Below, piece after piece: positions 9,778 to 19,091 of a DNA stretch of 64,000 nt (positions are counted from its first letter, which is position 1; each line of letters opens with the position of its first letter). The DNA lies in IMG/VR virus record IMGVR_UViG_3300017992_000017, positions 33,418-97,417 of that record; one strand, 5' to 3'. The notes under the pieces are model-generated. The model searched no databases, was not told where the DNA came from, and saw only the letters and a program-made list of their open reading frames with translations. The translations under genes and the position numbers were made by a program. Source of the stretch: a virus. Lineage: Duplodnaviria; Heunggongvirae; Uroviricota; Caudoviricetes.

Positions 9778-10118
9778 TCGGCAAATCCGTGATCGTCGAC
9801 ATCCTGAACCGGTGGATGAATGAGCACGACATTCTCATGACCGAGGAGCGTGCTGATCAGCTGGCCGTGTACATCGACCAGACGTTGATTGCCATGACGC
9901 AGCAAGGACACATACCGGACGCGACAACTACCTCGGCGGCGCTTCGGATCTTGGAGCGACAGGTAGCGGACGTGGATGACCTGGTGGTGCGTCTCGTACC
10001 CTCCGGCCTCTTGCAAGCTGAGATTGGGGACACGGTGGCTTACAACCTGAGCGAGCAAGCACCGCTGCAGGATGCGATCGTGCAGTTGGCCAGACAGGTG
10101 GTGAGGAAGACATCATGA
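9774..10118 (+). CDS. hypothetical protein
   Basis: 114-codon ORF with 4-nt overlaps on both sides. Confidence 0.5.
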   Translation: MIGKSVIVDILNRWMNEHDILMTEERADQLAVYIDQTLIAMTQQGHIPDATTTSAALRILERQVADVDDLVVRLVPSGLLQAEIGDTVAYNLSEQAPLQDAIVQLARQVVRKTS

Positions 10119-11152
10119 AGATTCTCGCGTTTGCCGATCTCCAGTGCCACGCGTACCAGCAGTTCCATACCAGGACGGAGCGTGGGCTGAACTCTCGGTT
10201 TCAGGATTGTCTGGATATCGTTCACCAGGCCACGGCGCTGGTTCGGCAGCATGGGGTTGACCTCGTGGTGTTCGCCGGGGACCTGTTCGAGGCGAGGACC
10301 AAGCTGGACATCGACGTATACACGGAGACGTATCGAGCGTTCGAGCTGCTCTCCCGGGCGGTCGACAAGAACCTTTTGATGGTCTGCGGTAACCATGACC
10401 AGCATGTACGTCTCGGCAATATCCATTCGTTGGTGCCGTTTTGTGCGTTGGGTCGAGTGGTGGCTGGGAATGACGAGAGAATTCCGGTCGAAGCAGAGGT
10501 CGTTGCTGCTGCTCACGCCTACACGACCGACATCGACTCGCTCAAGGAATGGCTCAACAACCTACCGAAGACGGATCTCTTGGTCTTGCATCAGACGATC
10601 TCCGAGGCCGTTGCAGGACCGGTTGATACGCACCTGACGGACGGGATCTCGATTGCTGACATCCCCACGGACCGGATCGGCATGGTTATCTCCGGTCATA
10701 TCCACAAACGACAGAACCTCCTGCTCGGTCGTGTCCATATCCCCGGGTCTCCCTTGCAGCTGACGTTCGGGGAGGCAGGTGAGGACAAGGCGTTTTCTCT
10801 GATCGACACAACCACGTGGACGGTGGAAACGATCCCGACTAATGCACCGAGGTTCTTCAAGTTTGACTATCCGGATATGGACCTCTCCGGTGTCAACACA
10901 ATGCGTGACTTCGTCCGTGTGACCTACGACCGGGAGCATGCTGACGCGATCCAGCGGTTGACGGAGCAGTACCCACGGATCGACTTTGTGGAGAATGCGA
11001 AGGATGAGACGATCTTTCGCACGACCGAGAAAGCGGCCGACGACGATCAGCAACTGTTACGTGAGTATCTCCGGCATGCGTCCCTTGATGGGATGGACGA
11101 GGAGATGTTGTTGGAGACGGGACTCGAATTGTTGGCTGGGGAGCAAGCATGA
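10115..11152 (+). CDS. sbcD: SbcD/Mre11-type nuclease (calcineurin-like phosphoesterase)
   Basis: Motifs ADLQCH, FAGDLFE, CGNHDQ, SGHIH in canonical order. Confidence 0.8.
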   Translation: MKILAFADLQCHAYQQFHTRTERGLNSRFQDCLDIVHQATALVRQHGVDLVVFAGDLFEARTKLDIDVYTETYRAFELLSRAVDKNLLMVCGNHDQHVRLGNIHSLVPFCALGRVVAGNDERIPVEAEVVAAAHAYTTDIDSLKEWLNNLPKTDLLVLHQTISEAVAGPVDTHLTDGISIADIPTDRIGMVISGHIHKRQNLLLGRVHIPGSPLQLTFGEAGEDKAFSLIDTTTWTVETIPTNAPRFFKFDYPDMDLSGVNTMRDFVRVTYDREHADAIQRLTEQYPRIDFVENAKDETIFRTTEKAADDDQQLLREYLRHASLDGMDEEMLLETGLELLAGEQA

Positions 11153-11496
11153 GCGGTCGTAGAAGTCGTAACAAGGGTGCTCAGGGTGAACGAGAGCTCT
11201 CCAAGGAACTCAACCGGTTGTTCGGGTGTGAGAGCCATCGCGGTCGGCAGTACCACGGAGGACCTGAGTCCCCGGATATTGCCAAGGCTCCTCCCGGCAC
11301 TCACTGGGAAGTCAAGCGTACCGAAAAGCTGAGTCTCTACAAGGCAATGGATCAAGCCACGGACGACGCGGGAGAGCAAGACATCCCTGTCCTGGCACAT
11401 CGAAGGAACGGAAAACCCTGGCTGTTTGTCTGTTACCTCAACGATCTACCGACGCTGGCCAAGCTGCTGTCGCGTGAACCGGAGGAGACCGAGTGA
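11149..11496 (+). CDS. PD-(D/E)xK nuclease, Holliday-junction-resolvase-like
   Basis: RNKGAQGERELSKEL N-terminus, then D...EVK, as in small phage/archaeal resolvases. Sits between sbcD and sbcC. Confidence 0.45.
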   Translation: MSGRRSRNKGAQGERELSKELNRLFGCESHRGRQYHGGPESPDIAKAPPGTHWEVKRTEKLSLYKAMDQATDDAGEQDIPVLAHRRNGKPWLFVCYLNDLPTLAKLLSREPEETE

Positions 11497-11837
11497 AGTT
11501 TCTTTACTGCAAAGCCTGCTACGACATCTTCCGGTTGTGGGAGGAAGAAAGAACCTGCAAGTGTGGCAAGACCAAGGGACGATACCTTGATCTCTTGGCC
11601 GCTGAATACGTAGGGGATTTCGCCGTTCCGCTTGGTGTGGACAACTTCAGCTTCGTACGAGCGGTCAGGAGACAACCGGAGAAAGGTCGCGGCGAGCAGT
11701 TTGAGGCGTTCGTCATACCAGAGCGATGTCCGACGTTTAAGAGAAAAGGTACTCCGGGAGAGGGTTGGGACGGTGGTGTAAAGGGTAGCACACCGGCTGT
11801 AACTGGAGGTGCGGGTTCAATTCCCGTCCGTCCGTGA
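11493..11837 (+). CDS. hypothetical protein with a CxxC...CxC zinc-ribbon-like N-terminus
   Basis: CKACYD...CKCGK. GTGA overlap with the upstream gene. Confidence 0.45.
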   Translation: MKFLYCKACYDIFRLWEEERTCKCGKTKGRYLDLLAAEYVGDFAVPLGVDNFSFVRAVRRQPEKGRGEQFEAFVIPERCPTFKRKGTPGEGWDGGVKGSTPAVTGGAGSIPVRP

Positions 11838-11856
11838 ACCCCTTATTGAGGCACGT

Positions 11857-12075
11857 ATGGCACGGTTCATCATAGACGTCCGAGATGACATTGATCCGGT
11901 GACGGCGTTGGTGCGAGTAGCCACTGTCATCCGGCAAGGGAAGATCAGTGAAGCCAGAGGGATCAAGCACTACTGCTGGCACACAACATTCAGGACAGAC
12001 AAGATTGCCGTGAGTGCGAGAGAGAAGAAGAAGGATACCTCAGCTGATTCATTTTGGGTGTGGGAGGACGCATGA
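11857..12075 (+). CDS. hypothetical protein
   Basis: ATG 11857 chosen. The longer track ORF from 11809 overlaps the previous gene. Confidence 0.4.
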   Translation: MARFIIDVRDDIDPVTALVRVATVIRQGKISEARGIKHYCWHTTFRTDKIAVSAREKKKDTSADSFWVWEDA

Positions 12076-14207
12076 GTTTGTTATCGCTAGAAGGCACGGA
12101 CATCTTCAGCTACGCGGATATCTCCCTCGATCTCCGGGATCGTGGTCTTGTTCTTCTGGAGGGTGAGAACGGTGCTGGGAAATCCTCCATCTTCCGGATT
12201 CTGGCCTGGACGCTCTATGGTGACCAGCTCCGAAACACCCGAGCCGATGCCGTGGTCCGCAAAGACATGAACCACAAACCGATCACCGGCAAGACCTCCG
12301 GCATCGTACGGTTCGAGCGTAACGGCCAGGAGATCCGCGTTGAACGGTATCGCAAGCACAAGGAGTTTGCCAGCAAGCTTCTCCTCTTCGTAGACGACCG
12401 GGAAATTACCGGAGCCTCCAACAACGAGACGCAGGGACGCATCGTTGATCTCCTGGGTGGGATCGACAGTGACACTTTCTGCTCGGCCGTGTTGTTTCCG
12501 CAATCGGCCAAGGGATTCTGCAGCAAGTCCGACGCCGAGATGAAGGCCGTCTTCGATCGTCTCCTCCAGCTCGATCGCTTCTTCCAGGCCAGAGAGCTCG
12601 CCAAGTCCCGGTCTCGACAGTTCCAGGACCTCACCACGGGACTGCAGGCAACCACCGTATCTCTCGAACAGCAACTTACAGACGGACAGACCAGGATCGA
12701 ACAGCTGCAGTCTGAGGTAGCCAACTTCGATCTCAAGAAACTCCAAGACATCCAGAGCTGCAAGGAGGAGGTCGCCAAGCTAGAAGCCGCAAAGCCAGCT
12801 CCAGTCGATCCAAACATCATCGCCGAGCTGACTACCCTCCAAGGCATGATCACCGAGGCAGCCAACGTAGAGGAGCAATACAACCAGGTCACGACCACTC
12901 AGACCTCCCTCGTCCGTCAACAGGCTGGCCTCGAATCCCAGATCCAGAGTCTCCAATCACAGATTCCGGGAGAGACGCCAGCACCTCCCGTAGCTGAAAA
13001 GACCATAGAAGAGGTTGCCGATTTGCTCTCCGTACTGGGTCGGGAGGAGGCAAGACTGGAGATCGGTCTCACCTCGGCCGAACGTGAGGTGGTTTCGCTC
13101 GACAACAAGATCGCGCAACGGGACTCCATGGACGAGTGTGGTGCGTGTGGACAGGAGCTTACTGACAAGGCCAAGTCCAAGCTATTCGGCGATCTAGACA
13201 GCCAGCGAACCCAGAAGATGGCCGAGATCGAATCGACCACGCAGAAACGCCGGGAAGTGACCCAGCAGCTGGAAGGACTCCGCGACGTCCAGGCTCGAGC
13301 TCTGGCGTACCGGTCGTGGGAGGAGATGACCCAGGATCGACGCCGGATCCAGGACCAGCTCGTTCAGCTACAGGATCAGCTGACAAAAATATCCCTCCAG
13401 TTAGGGGGTGCGGAGGAAGAGGCCGTCAGACTGCGAGATTTGGCTTCTAAGGGACGCGAGGCCAAAGACAGGTACTCGTCCCTCCAGGCTCTGAAAACGC
13501 AGCAGGAGGCCGCACAGGAGCTCTGGGAGACTAAACTAGCATCCATACTATCCCAGCGAAACGAGGCTGAGTCTAGGATCAATCCGTTTGGGGACCTTCT
13601 GCTCCAAGAAACAGGCCGCATGGGGGGTGTGCGCGACAGTCTCGGGTGGTACGGGATGCTGCAGAAACGCACAGACCTGGAGACCGGGATCTTCGACTGG
13701 TGGGTGGACGGGTTTGGCCAGCAGGGAGTGAAGACGTTCCTGATCGAGCGAGCCATCCCCTTCATCAACTCCCGTCTGCAGGAGTATCTGGCGGTACTCT
13801 CAGGGGGGAAGGCTACGGCCACTTTCTCTGCGACGTCCCGACTGGCTGACGGATCGGAGAGGGACAAGCTATCGGTCAACGTGGATTACCGTGGGGGGGA
13901 CGACGAGTACGCCGGGTTGTCGGGGGGAGAAATGGCTCGCGTCGACATTGCTATGATGCTCGCTCTCGGGGATTTGGCGTCGGCGCGGAGCAACATCAAC
14001 TTCGGGGTGCGGTTGCTCGACGAACCGTTCGATGGTCTAGATTCGATCGGTAAAGAGTTGGTAGTCCAGGTGTTACGCGAAAATATCCTCCCGAAATGTG
14101 GCACGATACTTGTCATGACACACGATGATAGTCTCAAGCAATTGTTTCCCCGTATAGTAGGGGTTGACAAACAAGACGGTGTGAGTAGAATTGAAATAGT
14201 AGGGTAA
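12072..14207 (+). CDS. sbcC: SbcC/Rad50-type SMC ATPase
   Basis: Walker A GENGAGKSS, long Gln/Glu-rich coiled coil with a central CGACGQ zinc hook, signature LSGGE, Walker B LLDEPFDGLD. ATGA overlap and GGGAGGA SD. Confidence 0.85.
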   Translation: MSLLSLEGTDIFSYADISLDLRDRGLVLLEGENGAGKSSIFRILAWTLYGDQLRNTRADAVVRKDMNHKPITGKTSGIVRFERNGQEIRVERYRKHKEFASKLLLFVDDREITGASNNETQGRIVDLLGGIDSDTFCSAVLFPQSAKGFCSKSDAEMKAVFDRLLQLDRFFQARELAKSRSRQFQDLTTGLQATTVSLEQQLTDGQTRIEQLQSEVANFDLKKLQDIQSCKEEVAKLEAAKPAPVDPNIIAELTTLQGMITEAANVEEQYNQVTTTQTSLVRQQAGLESQIQSLQSQIPGETPAPPVAEKTIEEVADLLSVLGREEARLEIGLTSAEREVVSLDNKIAQRDSMDECGACGQELTDKAKSKLFGDLDSQRTQKMAEIESTTQKRREVTQQLEGLRDVQARALAYRSWEEMTQDRRRIQDQLVQLQDQLTKISLQLGGAEEEAVRLRDLASKGREAKDRYSSLQALKTQQEAAQELWETKLASILSQRNEAESRINPFGDLLLQETGRMGGVRDSLGWYGMLQKRTDLETGIFDWWVDGFGQQGVKTFLIERAIPFINSRLQEYLAVLSGGKATATFSATSRLADGSERDKLSVNVDYRGGDDEYAGLSGGEMARVDIAMMLALGDLASARSNINFGVRLLDEPFDGLDSIGKELVVQVLRENILPKCGTILVMTHDDSLKQLFPRIVGVDKQDGVSRIEIVG
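14164..14191 (+). promoter_or_regulatory. sigma70-like promoter inside the sbcC 3' end
   Basis: TTGACA (14164-14169), 16-nt spacer, TAGAAT (14186-14191). Followed by AAACTATACC at 14223-14232 and the gene at 14255. Confidence 0.4.
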
Positions 14208-14254
14208 ATAGATGGCCTGGGTAAACTATACCCCAAACTAGAGGAGGTTAGGCG

Positions 14255-14638
14255 ATGCGTGGTGACGGCAATATGGGACGTGCGACCGAGTTTCTGGTTG
14301 CCAATCCACAACCTCCGGAGCTACCACCCGAAGAGAGGCAGCTTCCCAAGATCCCGGCTGTGAAGGGTGGCGAGTCGGTTGATACTCCCGTCCCCGAGTC
14401 GCAGACACAGGTGATGGAGGCGAAAGCGGCCGAGTTGCGGGAAGAGCTGGAGATCCTTCCGGACGAGGATGTTCAGCTGCTGTGTGAGATCGTGAAGGAT
14501 CGTGGACTAGCAAACATCGATGGTCGGTGGGGACGTGAGAACCAGATCAGGGCGCTGGTGGCGTGTGAAGCGTCCCCGTCCTGGCTGGACACGATCCTGC
14601 CGGAGTTGCCTCCTCCACCTCCTCCGGGGGTGGTGTAG
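14255..14638 (+). CDS. hypothetical protein
   Basis: GAGGAGG SD. 127 codons ending in a poly-Pro tail. Confidence 0.5.
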   Translation: MRGDGNMGRATEFLVANPQPPELPPEERQLPKIPAVKGGESVDTPVPESQTQVMEAKAAELREELEILPDEDVQLLCEIVKDRGLANIDGRWGRENQIRALVACEASPSWLDTILPELPPPPPPGVV

Positions 14639-14759
14639 GCGCCAGCGTAGTGCGACGGCGATTAGCGAAAGAAGCGTCGGCGTCCCGAGCACGGTGACCG
14701 AAGCGCAATGCCTCGGGAGTAGCTATCCCCAGGTGATGGTCTGAGCTCGAAGAAAGGGA

Positions 14760-15068
14760 TTGTTTCCGGTGAGTCACCCGGATCCGTCGCGCGATCGTTG
14801 GCAACTAGAAGACCTTGAATCGTACTTGCGCGATCGGCTTCGGGTGTTGTTTGGTGGGGATGAGGACCACCTGGTCTTTGCGCCAGGTGGTCCTCGGCGT
14901 CTCCTGTCGTTGGAGGAGCAAGATGCGTTACCTCGAGAGTCGCCGGATGAGCTGTGTGTGCTATGTTGGAACCGATACGCCGATCACTTTGTCGACGTGG
15001 ACTACTTGAACCATGAAGGACGTCCGTTTCTGCGGACCCTGTGTGACGGGAGAGTGGTGAAGATATGA
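14760..15068 (+). CDS. hypothetical protein
   Basis: 102-codon ORF. Start uncertain (TTG 14760 or GTG 14769). Confidence 0.4.
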   Translation: MFPVSHPDPSRDRWQLEDLESYLRDRLRVLFGGDEDHLVFAPGGPRRLLSLEEQDALPRESPDELCVLCWNRYADHFVDVDYLNHEGRPFLRTLCDGRVVKI

Positions 15069-15289
15069 AGAGACTGAAGTTCTGCATCGGCGCGACCCTG
15101 TTCTGGTTGGGTCTGCCTTTTGCCGCTCTCTCCATCTTGATTATGTTTGCTCTCGGGGTGGTTGGTCTTCTGGGGATACTGGCCGTCATACTCCTCATGT
15201 CGTTTCCGTGTCTGGTGGGTGGTTGGTTGGCGACGGATGGTTGGTTGGAGAGGATCGAAGCCATGTCTGGTTTGGAGGACAAGGAGTGA
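15065..15289 (+). CDS. small membrane protein (two hydrophobic spans)
   Basis: FCIGATLFWLGLPFAALSILIMFALGVVGLLGILAVILLM. ATGA overlap. Confidence 0.5.
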   Translation: MKRLKFCIGATLFWLGLPFAALSILIMFALGVVGLLGILAVILLMSFPCLVGGWLATDGWLERIEAMSGLEDKE

Positions 15290-15954
15290 AAACTGTCGCG
15301 TTCATGCCAATCAAGCTGAACAACCAGCGTCTCTCTGGGAAGAACACCCGGATGCTGAGAGACAAGCCGCTCTGCCAGTGGGCGCTGAACGAGTTGTTGG
15401 AGTTAAAGAACGACGAAGCGGTGGAGGAGGTCTACGTCTACTGCTCCGACCCTAAGATCGAGGACTATCTCCCGAACGGCGTGGAGCTGCTGTTGCGTAA
15501 CCCGTCGCTCGATCATCCACATGTCCAGGGTAATGACATCTACCGGTCGTTCATTGCCGAGGTACCTGCCGATCTGTACATGCTCCATCATGCGACCAGT
15601 CCCTTCGTCAAGGTTGAGACACTGTACCGGTGTCTTACTGCTGTGTCCTCTGGGAAGCACGACTCGGCCCTGACGGTCAAGGAGATGCACGGCCGGTTCT
15701 GGAGAAACAATGCTCCCGTGTGGCATGACCTGGAGACGGTGGGTCGGACGCAGGACATGACTCCCGTGTACTTCGAGACGGAGGCATGCTACGTCTTTCC
15801 TCCGTATCTTCTGGAGATTTACGGAAGACGGGTAGGGTTTAATCCATACCTGTGTCCCGTCGATGCGAAAGAAGCCATCGATATCGATACCCGGGACGAT
15901 TTTGAGCTGGCTCAGTGCGTGGCATGGCCGAGATATGCGTCAACTAACGGCTGA
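15286..15954 (+). CDS. acylneuraminate/nonulosonate cytidylyltransferase family protein
   Basis: GTG start in a GTGA overlap after an AAGGAG SD. VAFMPIKLNNQRLSGKNTRML.DKPL matches the N-terminal CMP-sugar synthetase motif. Confidence 0.6.
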   Translation: MKTVAFMPIKLNNQRLSGKNTRMLRDKPLCQWALNELLELKNDEAVEEVYVYCSDPKIEDYLPNGVELLLRNPSLDHPHVQGNDIYRSFIAEVPADLYMLHHATSPFVKVETLYRCLTAVSSGKHDSALTVKEMHGRFWRNNAPVWHDLETVGRTQDMTPVYFETEACYVFPPYLLEIYGRRVGFNPYLCPVDAKEAIDIDTRDDFELAQCVAWPRYASTNG

Positions 15955-16669
15955 ATACGATCGACTCCGAGACTCCGTGATCTCCAGTACGAGCACGGAT
16001 GCACAGCTGGAGTGTTTGCACAACGCACACGCAGGGGAGACGGCATACCTGGTGGCTTGCGGACCGTCGACAGGACAGTACCGGGAGGAGTTTCTGCGGC
16101 AGCGACTGGCCAACGAACTGGTCATTGCCGTGAAGCAGGCCATGGATCTCGTACCGGGGATCGCTGACTATCACCTGATCAACGCCGTCAACCGGAAAGA
16201 GTACGACTACACACATCCCCGGCCGATCGTGATGTTCGTCTGCGAGATCGAACAGATGGTCCGGTGTCCGATGCTGCACGACGTTTACACCCCGAGACCA
16301 GGACGAGGGGACAAACACATCTACGTTAGCCAGAGCAAGGATTTCGACAGTTGGACGTTGGACAAGATCATTCGACGTCCTCTGGGTCCGACGATCGTGT
16401 TCACGCTGGGTATGTTCCTGGCCGTGCATCTTGGTGTGTCTCGGATCATCACGTTGGGTGTGGACATGGCGCCGGAGGACATGCGGCATTACTACCCGAG
16501 CAATCTGAATGAGGGACAGATCCTGCATTCGGAGTGGGAGGCCGGGTTGGTTCGGGATGCGCATGAGGACTGGGACCGGTGGTTGCGTAGCCGGGGTGTG
16601 AGGTGGTTACGTGCCGAGTCGGATGAACCCAACGGTTTTCCTTCAATCGAGGAGGTGAGTTTGTTGTGA
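15935..16669 (+). CDS. DUF115 / MptE-like (motility-accessory-factor-like) putative nonulosonate transferase
   Basis: GETAYLVACGPSTGQ...VIAVKQAMDLVPGIADYHL resembles the DUF115 core (a.IvgnGPSL...i.a..a...L...gi.PD). Confidence 0.4.
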   Translation: MRQLTAEYDRLRDSVISSTSTDAQLECLHNAHAGETAYLVACGPSTGQYREEFLRQRLANELVIAVKQAMDLVPGIADYHLINAVNRKEYDYTHPRPIVMFVCEIEQMVRCPMLHDVYTPRPGRGDKHIYVSQSKDFDSWTLDKIIRRPLGPTIVFTLGMFLAVHLGVSRIITLGVDMAPEDMRHYYPSNLNEGQILHSEWEAGLVRDAHEDWDRWLRSRGVRWLRAESDEPNGFPSIEEVSLL

Positions 16670-17031
16670 CAGCTAGGACAGTGGAGCAAACAACTAAGGA
16701 TTGGGGAACGGTGCGTACGCTATTCAATCGTGGCGATACGCGGGTGACTCTCATTGATGGACCACGAAAAGACCGGAACGAGGTTTGCTCGGAGCACGTT
16801 CACGCATATACGCATAACCTCTTCTTTGTGCTTCAGGGGTCGTTGGAGGTTCATTGCTGCAACCGAGGTGTGTGGAGCAACAACCTCCTCCAGCCTGGGG
16901 AGAGCTTTCTCGTACCGGCCGGGATGTGGCATTATTTCCGGATCCTAGAAGACCCTACCCAAGCCATCGAGATCTATTGGTCCGACAGCATGGAAAAGGA
17001 CATCGAACGGAGAAACGATGGCTCGAATTGA
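16666..17031 (+). CDS. cupin-fold protein (sugar-nucleotide isomerase/epimerase-like)
   Basis: HVHAYTHNLFFVLQGSLEV and GESFLVPAGMWHYF give a two-motif cupin signature. Confidence 0.5.
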   Translation: MTARTVEQTTKDWGTVRTLFNRGDTRVTLIDGPRKDRNEVCSEHVHAYTHNLFFVLQGSLEVHCCNRGVWSNNLLQPGESFLVPAGMWHYFRILEDPTQAIEIYWSDSMEKDIERRNDGSN

Positions 17032-17527
17032 CCGGAAACAGATCGTTGCGTGGCTCCGACGTGCGTACCAGGTGGGGATGGATCAGTCGGATGACATGGA
17101 CACGAAGGTCGGTGCGATTCTGGTCGTGCCCTGGATGCCGGAGGACTGCGTTGAGGGTGCGAACCGGATACCTACAGGTCTCTCCCGTAGACCGTCGAGA
17201 AAGAAGCGACCCGACAAGTACCGGTATCTCGTCCACGCGGAGGAAGACTCGATCCTCCAAGCAGCCAAGCTCGGGAGGTCCACCAAGGGACTGACCATGA
17301 TCTGTCCGTGGGCGGCTTGTGCTCGGTGTAGTCGGATGATCGTGCAGGCCGGGATCAAACGGGTGATCAACCACAAGTCTTCCATGGACGCTACGCCAGA
17401 TCGATGGAAGGCCGACATCGAGCTGGGACATTCCATGCTGCGTGAGGCGAATGTTGATCTGATCACGTACGACGGTTGGGTTGAGGACGTGAAATCGAAA
17501 TTCGACGGAAAGGTTTGGTATCCATGA
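17018..17527 (+). CDS. deoxycytidylate (dCMP) deaminase
   Basis: Zinc motifs HAEEDSI and PWAACARCSRMIVQAGIKRV (HAE...PCxxC). Confidence 0.8.
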   Translation: MARIDRKQIVAWLRRAYQVGMDQSDDMDTKVGAILVVPWMPEDCVEGANRIPTGLSRRPSRKKRPDKYRYLVHAEEDSILQAAKLGRSTKGLTMICPWAACARCSRMIVQAGIKRVINHKSSMDATPDRWKADIELGHSMLREANVDLITYDGWVEDVKSKFDGKVWYP

Positions 17528-18126
17528 AGACCGTCGCAATCATCGGCAACTCACATCATCTCCTGGGATCACGTCTCGGGGACAAGATCAACTCGCATGA
17601 CGTGGTGATCCGACTGAACAGCTACAAACTGTATCCCTACCAGGCCGACGTAGGGACCAAGACGGACACCATCGTCCTTGTCCAAAATGCAGACAACAAC
17701 ATGCTGGCTCGCAAGGGGTTGTTGCCGGAGGAGCTCCAGACTTGCAACGAGCTCTGGTTCTCTCGTCCTCTTGGAGATCGTGGGGACATGGACAACGACA
17801 TGCGGGTCATCTTGAAAGCGATCGGCCGGTTCAAGGTGAAGGACTGTCGGTTTCCGGACTCGAAGGGTGTGAAGGAGCTCCGTGCCAAGCTGAACTCACC
17901 GTACTATCCGTCGACAGGGATAGTCACGATCTTCATGGTACTGGAAACGTACCCGGATGCTGACATTCGGATCGCTGGTTTCGGGGATCCACAGGAAACA
18001 GCGTTCAAAGAAGGACATTACTATCCGAACGTGCATGGTTTCAAGTGGATCCATGACGGTCTGGGTGAGCGTGCCTTGATCGATCACCTGGTAGACGAGG
18101 GGAAGATCTCGTGGCTGACGTCGTAG
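17524..18126 (+). CDS. GT29-like sialyltransferase
   Basis: Sialyl motif L-like VAIIGNSHHLLGSRLGDKINSHDVVIRLN. Motif S-like YYPSTGIVTIFMVLETYPDADIRIAGFG. Downstream H...E. ATGA overlap. Confidence 0.55.
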   Translation: MKTVAIIGNSHHLLGSRLGDKINSHDVVIRLNSYKLYPYQADVGTKTDTIVLVQNADNNMLARKGLLPEELQTCNELWFSRPLGDRGDMDNDMRVILKAIGRFKVKDCRFPDSKGVKELRAKLNSPYYPSTGIVTIFMVLETYPDADIRIAGFGDPQETAFKEGHYYPNVHGFKWIHDGLGERALIDHLVDEGKISWLTS

Positions 18127-19091
18127 CAATCATCCCGGCTCGTGGTGGGTCGGAGGGTGTGTGGAAGAAGAACCTGCAGAAGGTCGGTGGCGTGCCGTTG
18201 ATTGCGCGTGCCGTCCGTGCTGCCAAGGATGCTGTGTTGGTTGATAAGGTCGTGGTCTCGTCGGACGACAGCGAGATCCTGGACGTTGCGATAGGTGAGG
18301 GAGCGTCCATCTACTACCAGACTCCGGAGGTGAGTGGTCCGGACGATCTGCAGGAGAAAGCGATTCTTGAGTGGCTGGACGTGACAGGACGCACGGAAGG
18401 AACGCTGGCGATGCTCCAGTGTACGGCGCCGTTCATGACCGGTACGGACATAGATGGTGTGATTGTGGAGATGGACGTAAAGGAGGCTGACTGCTGTTTC
18501 GCTGCATGTCGGTTCCAGCATTTCATTTGGAGACACGACGGATCGAGGCAGGCATACGGGATCAATCACGACTCTTGGACGCGTCAGCAGAGACAGAACC
18601 GACACACGGAGTATTTAGAAGCTGGTAGCGTCTACGCTATGGATATCGCTGGGTTTTTGAAGCACAAACACCGGTTTTTCGGGAGGATCGCTATACACCA
18701 GGTGAATCCATCTCGCGTTTTTGAGATCGACACCTACGAGGAGCTGTTGTTAGCCAACCGGATCGCTGGGCTTCCCGAGCCGTTGTCTGGTCAGCGGGTG
18801 TTCGTGGACATCGACGAGACGATCTGCGAGACGCCATCGACCCGGGACTATACGAAGTCGACACCGAACTTGGACGCTATTGCCGAGATCAACCGGATGC
18901 GTGACCGGGGAGTTGTGGTCACCTATTGGACGGCGCGTGGTTCGGGGTGGCCTTCGGCGAGGGTTGAGGAGCTGACCAGGAGACAGATGAAGGAGTGGGG
19001 TGCCGAGTATGACTACCTGCTGTTCGGCAAACCTGTGTACGACCGGCTCTACGACGACAAGGCAGACTATCAGATACCGGGAGTCAACTGA
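18111..19091 (+). CDS. neuA: N-acylneuraminate cytidylyltransferase fused to a HAD-type phosphatase domain
   Basis: N-terminus AIIPARGGSEGVWKKNLQKVGGVPLI (NeuA/KdsB motif). C-terminus VFVDIDETICET (DxDxT), TYWTARG, GKP...DDKA. Confidence 0.75.
   Translation: MADVVAIIPARGGSEGVWKKNLQKVGGVPLIARAVRAAKDAVLVDKVVVSSDDSEILDVAIGEGASIYYQTPEVSGPDDLQEKAILEWLDVTGRTEGTLAMLQCTAPFMTGTDIDGVIVEMDVKEADCCFAACRFQHFIWRHDGSRQAYGINHDSWTRQQRQNRHTEYLEAGSVYAMDIAGFLKHKHRFFGRIAIHQVNPSRVFEIDTYEELLLANRIAGLPEPLSGQRVFVDIDETICETPSTRDYTKSTPNLDAIAEINRMRDRGVVVTYWTARGSGWPSARVEELTRRQMKEWGAEYDYLLFGKPVYDRLYDDKADYQIPGVN

Noticed and set aside
17018-17527. Reading the dCMP deaminase as evidence for sugar hypermodification of DNA
   Set aside because: No thymidylate-synthase-like hydroxymethylase, nucleotide kinase or DNA glycosyltransferase signature was seen in the window. 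dCMP deaminases are common in ordinary phage nucleotide metabolism. I kept this only as an open question in the island finding.
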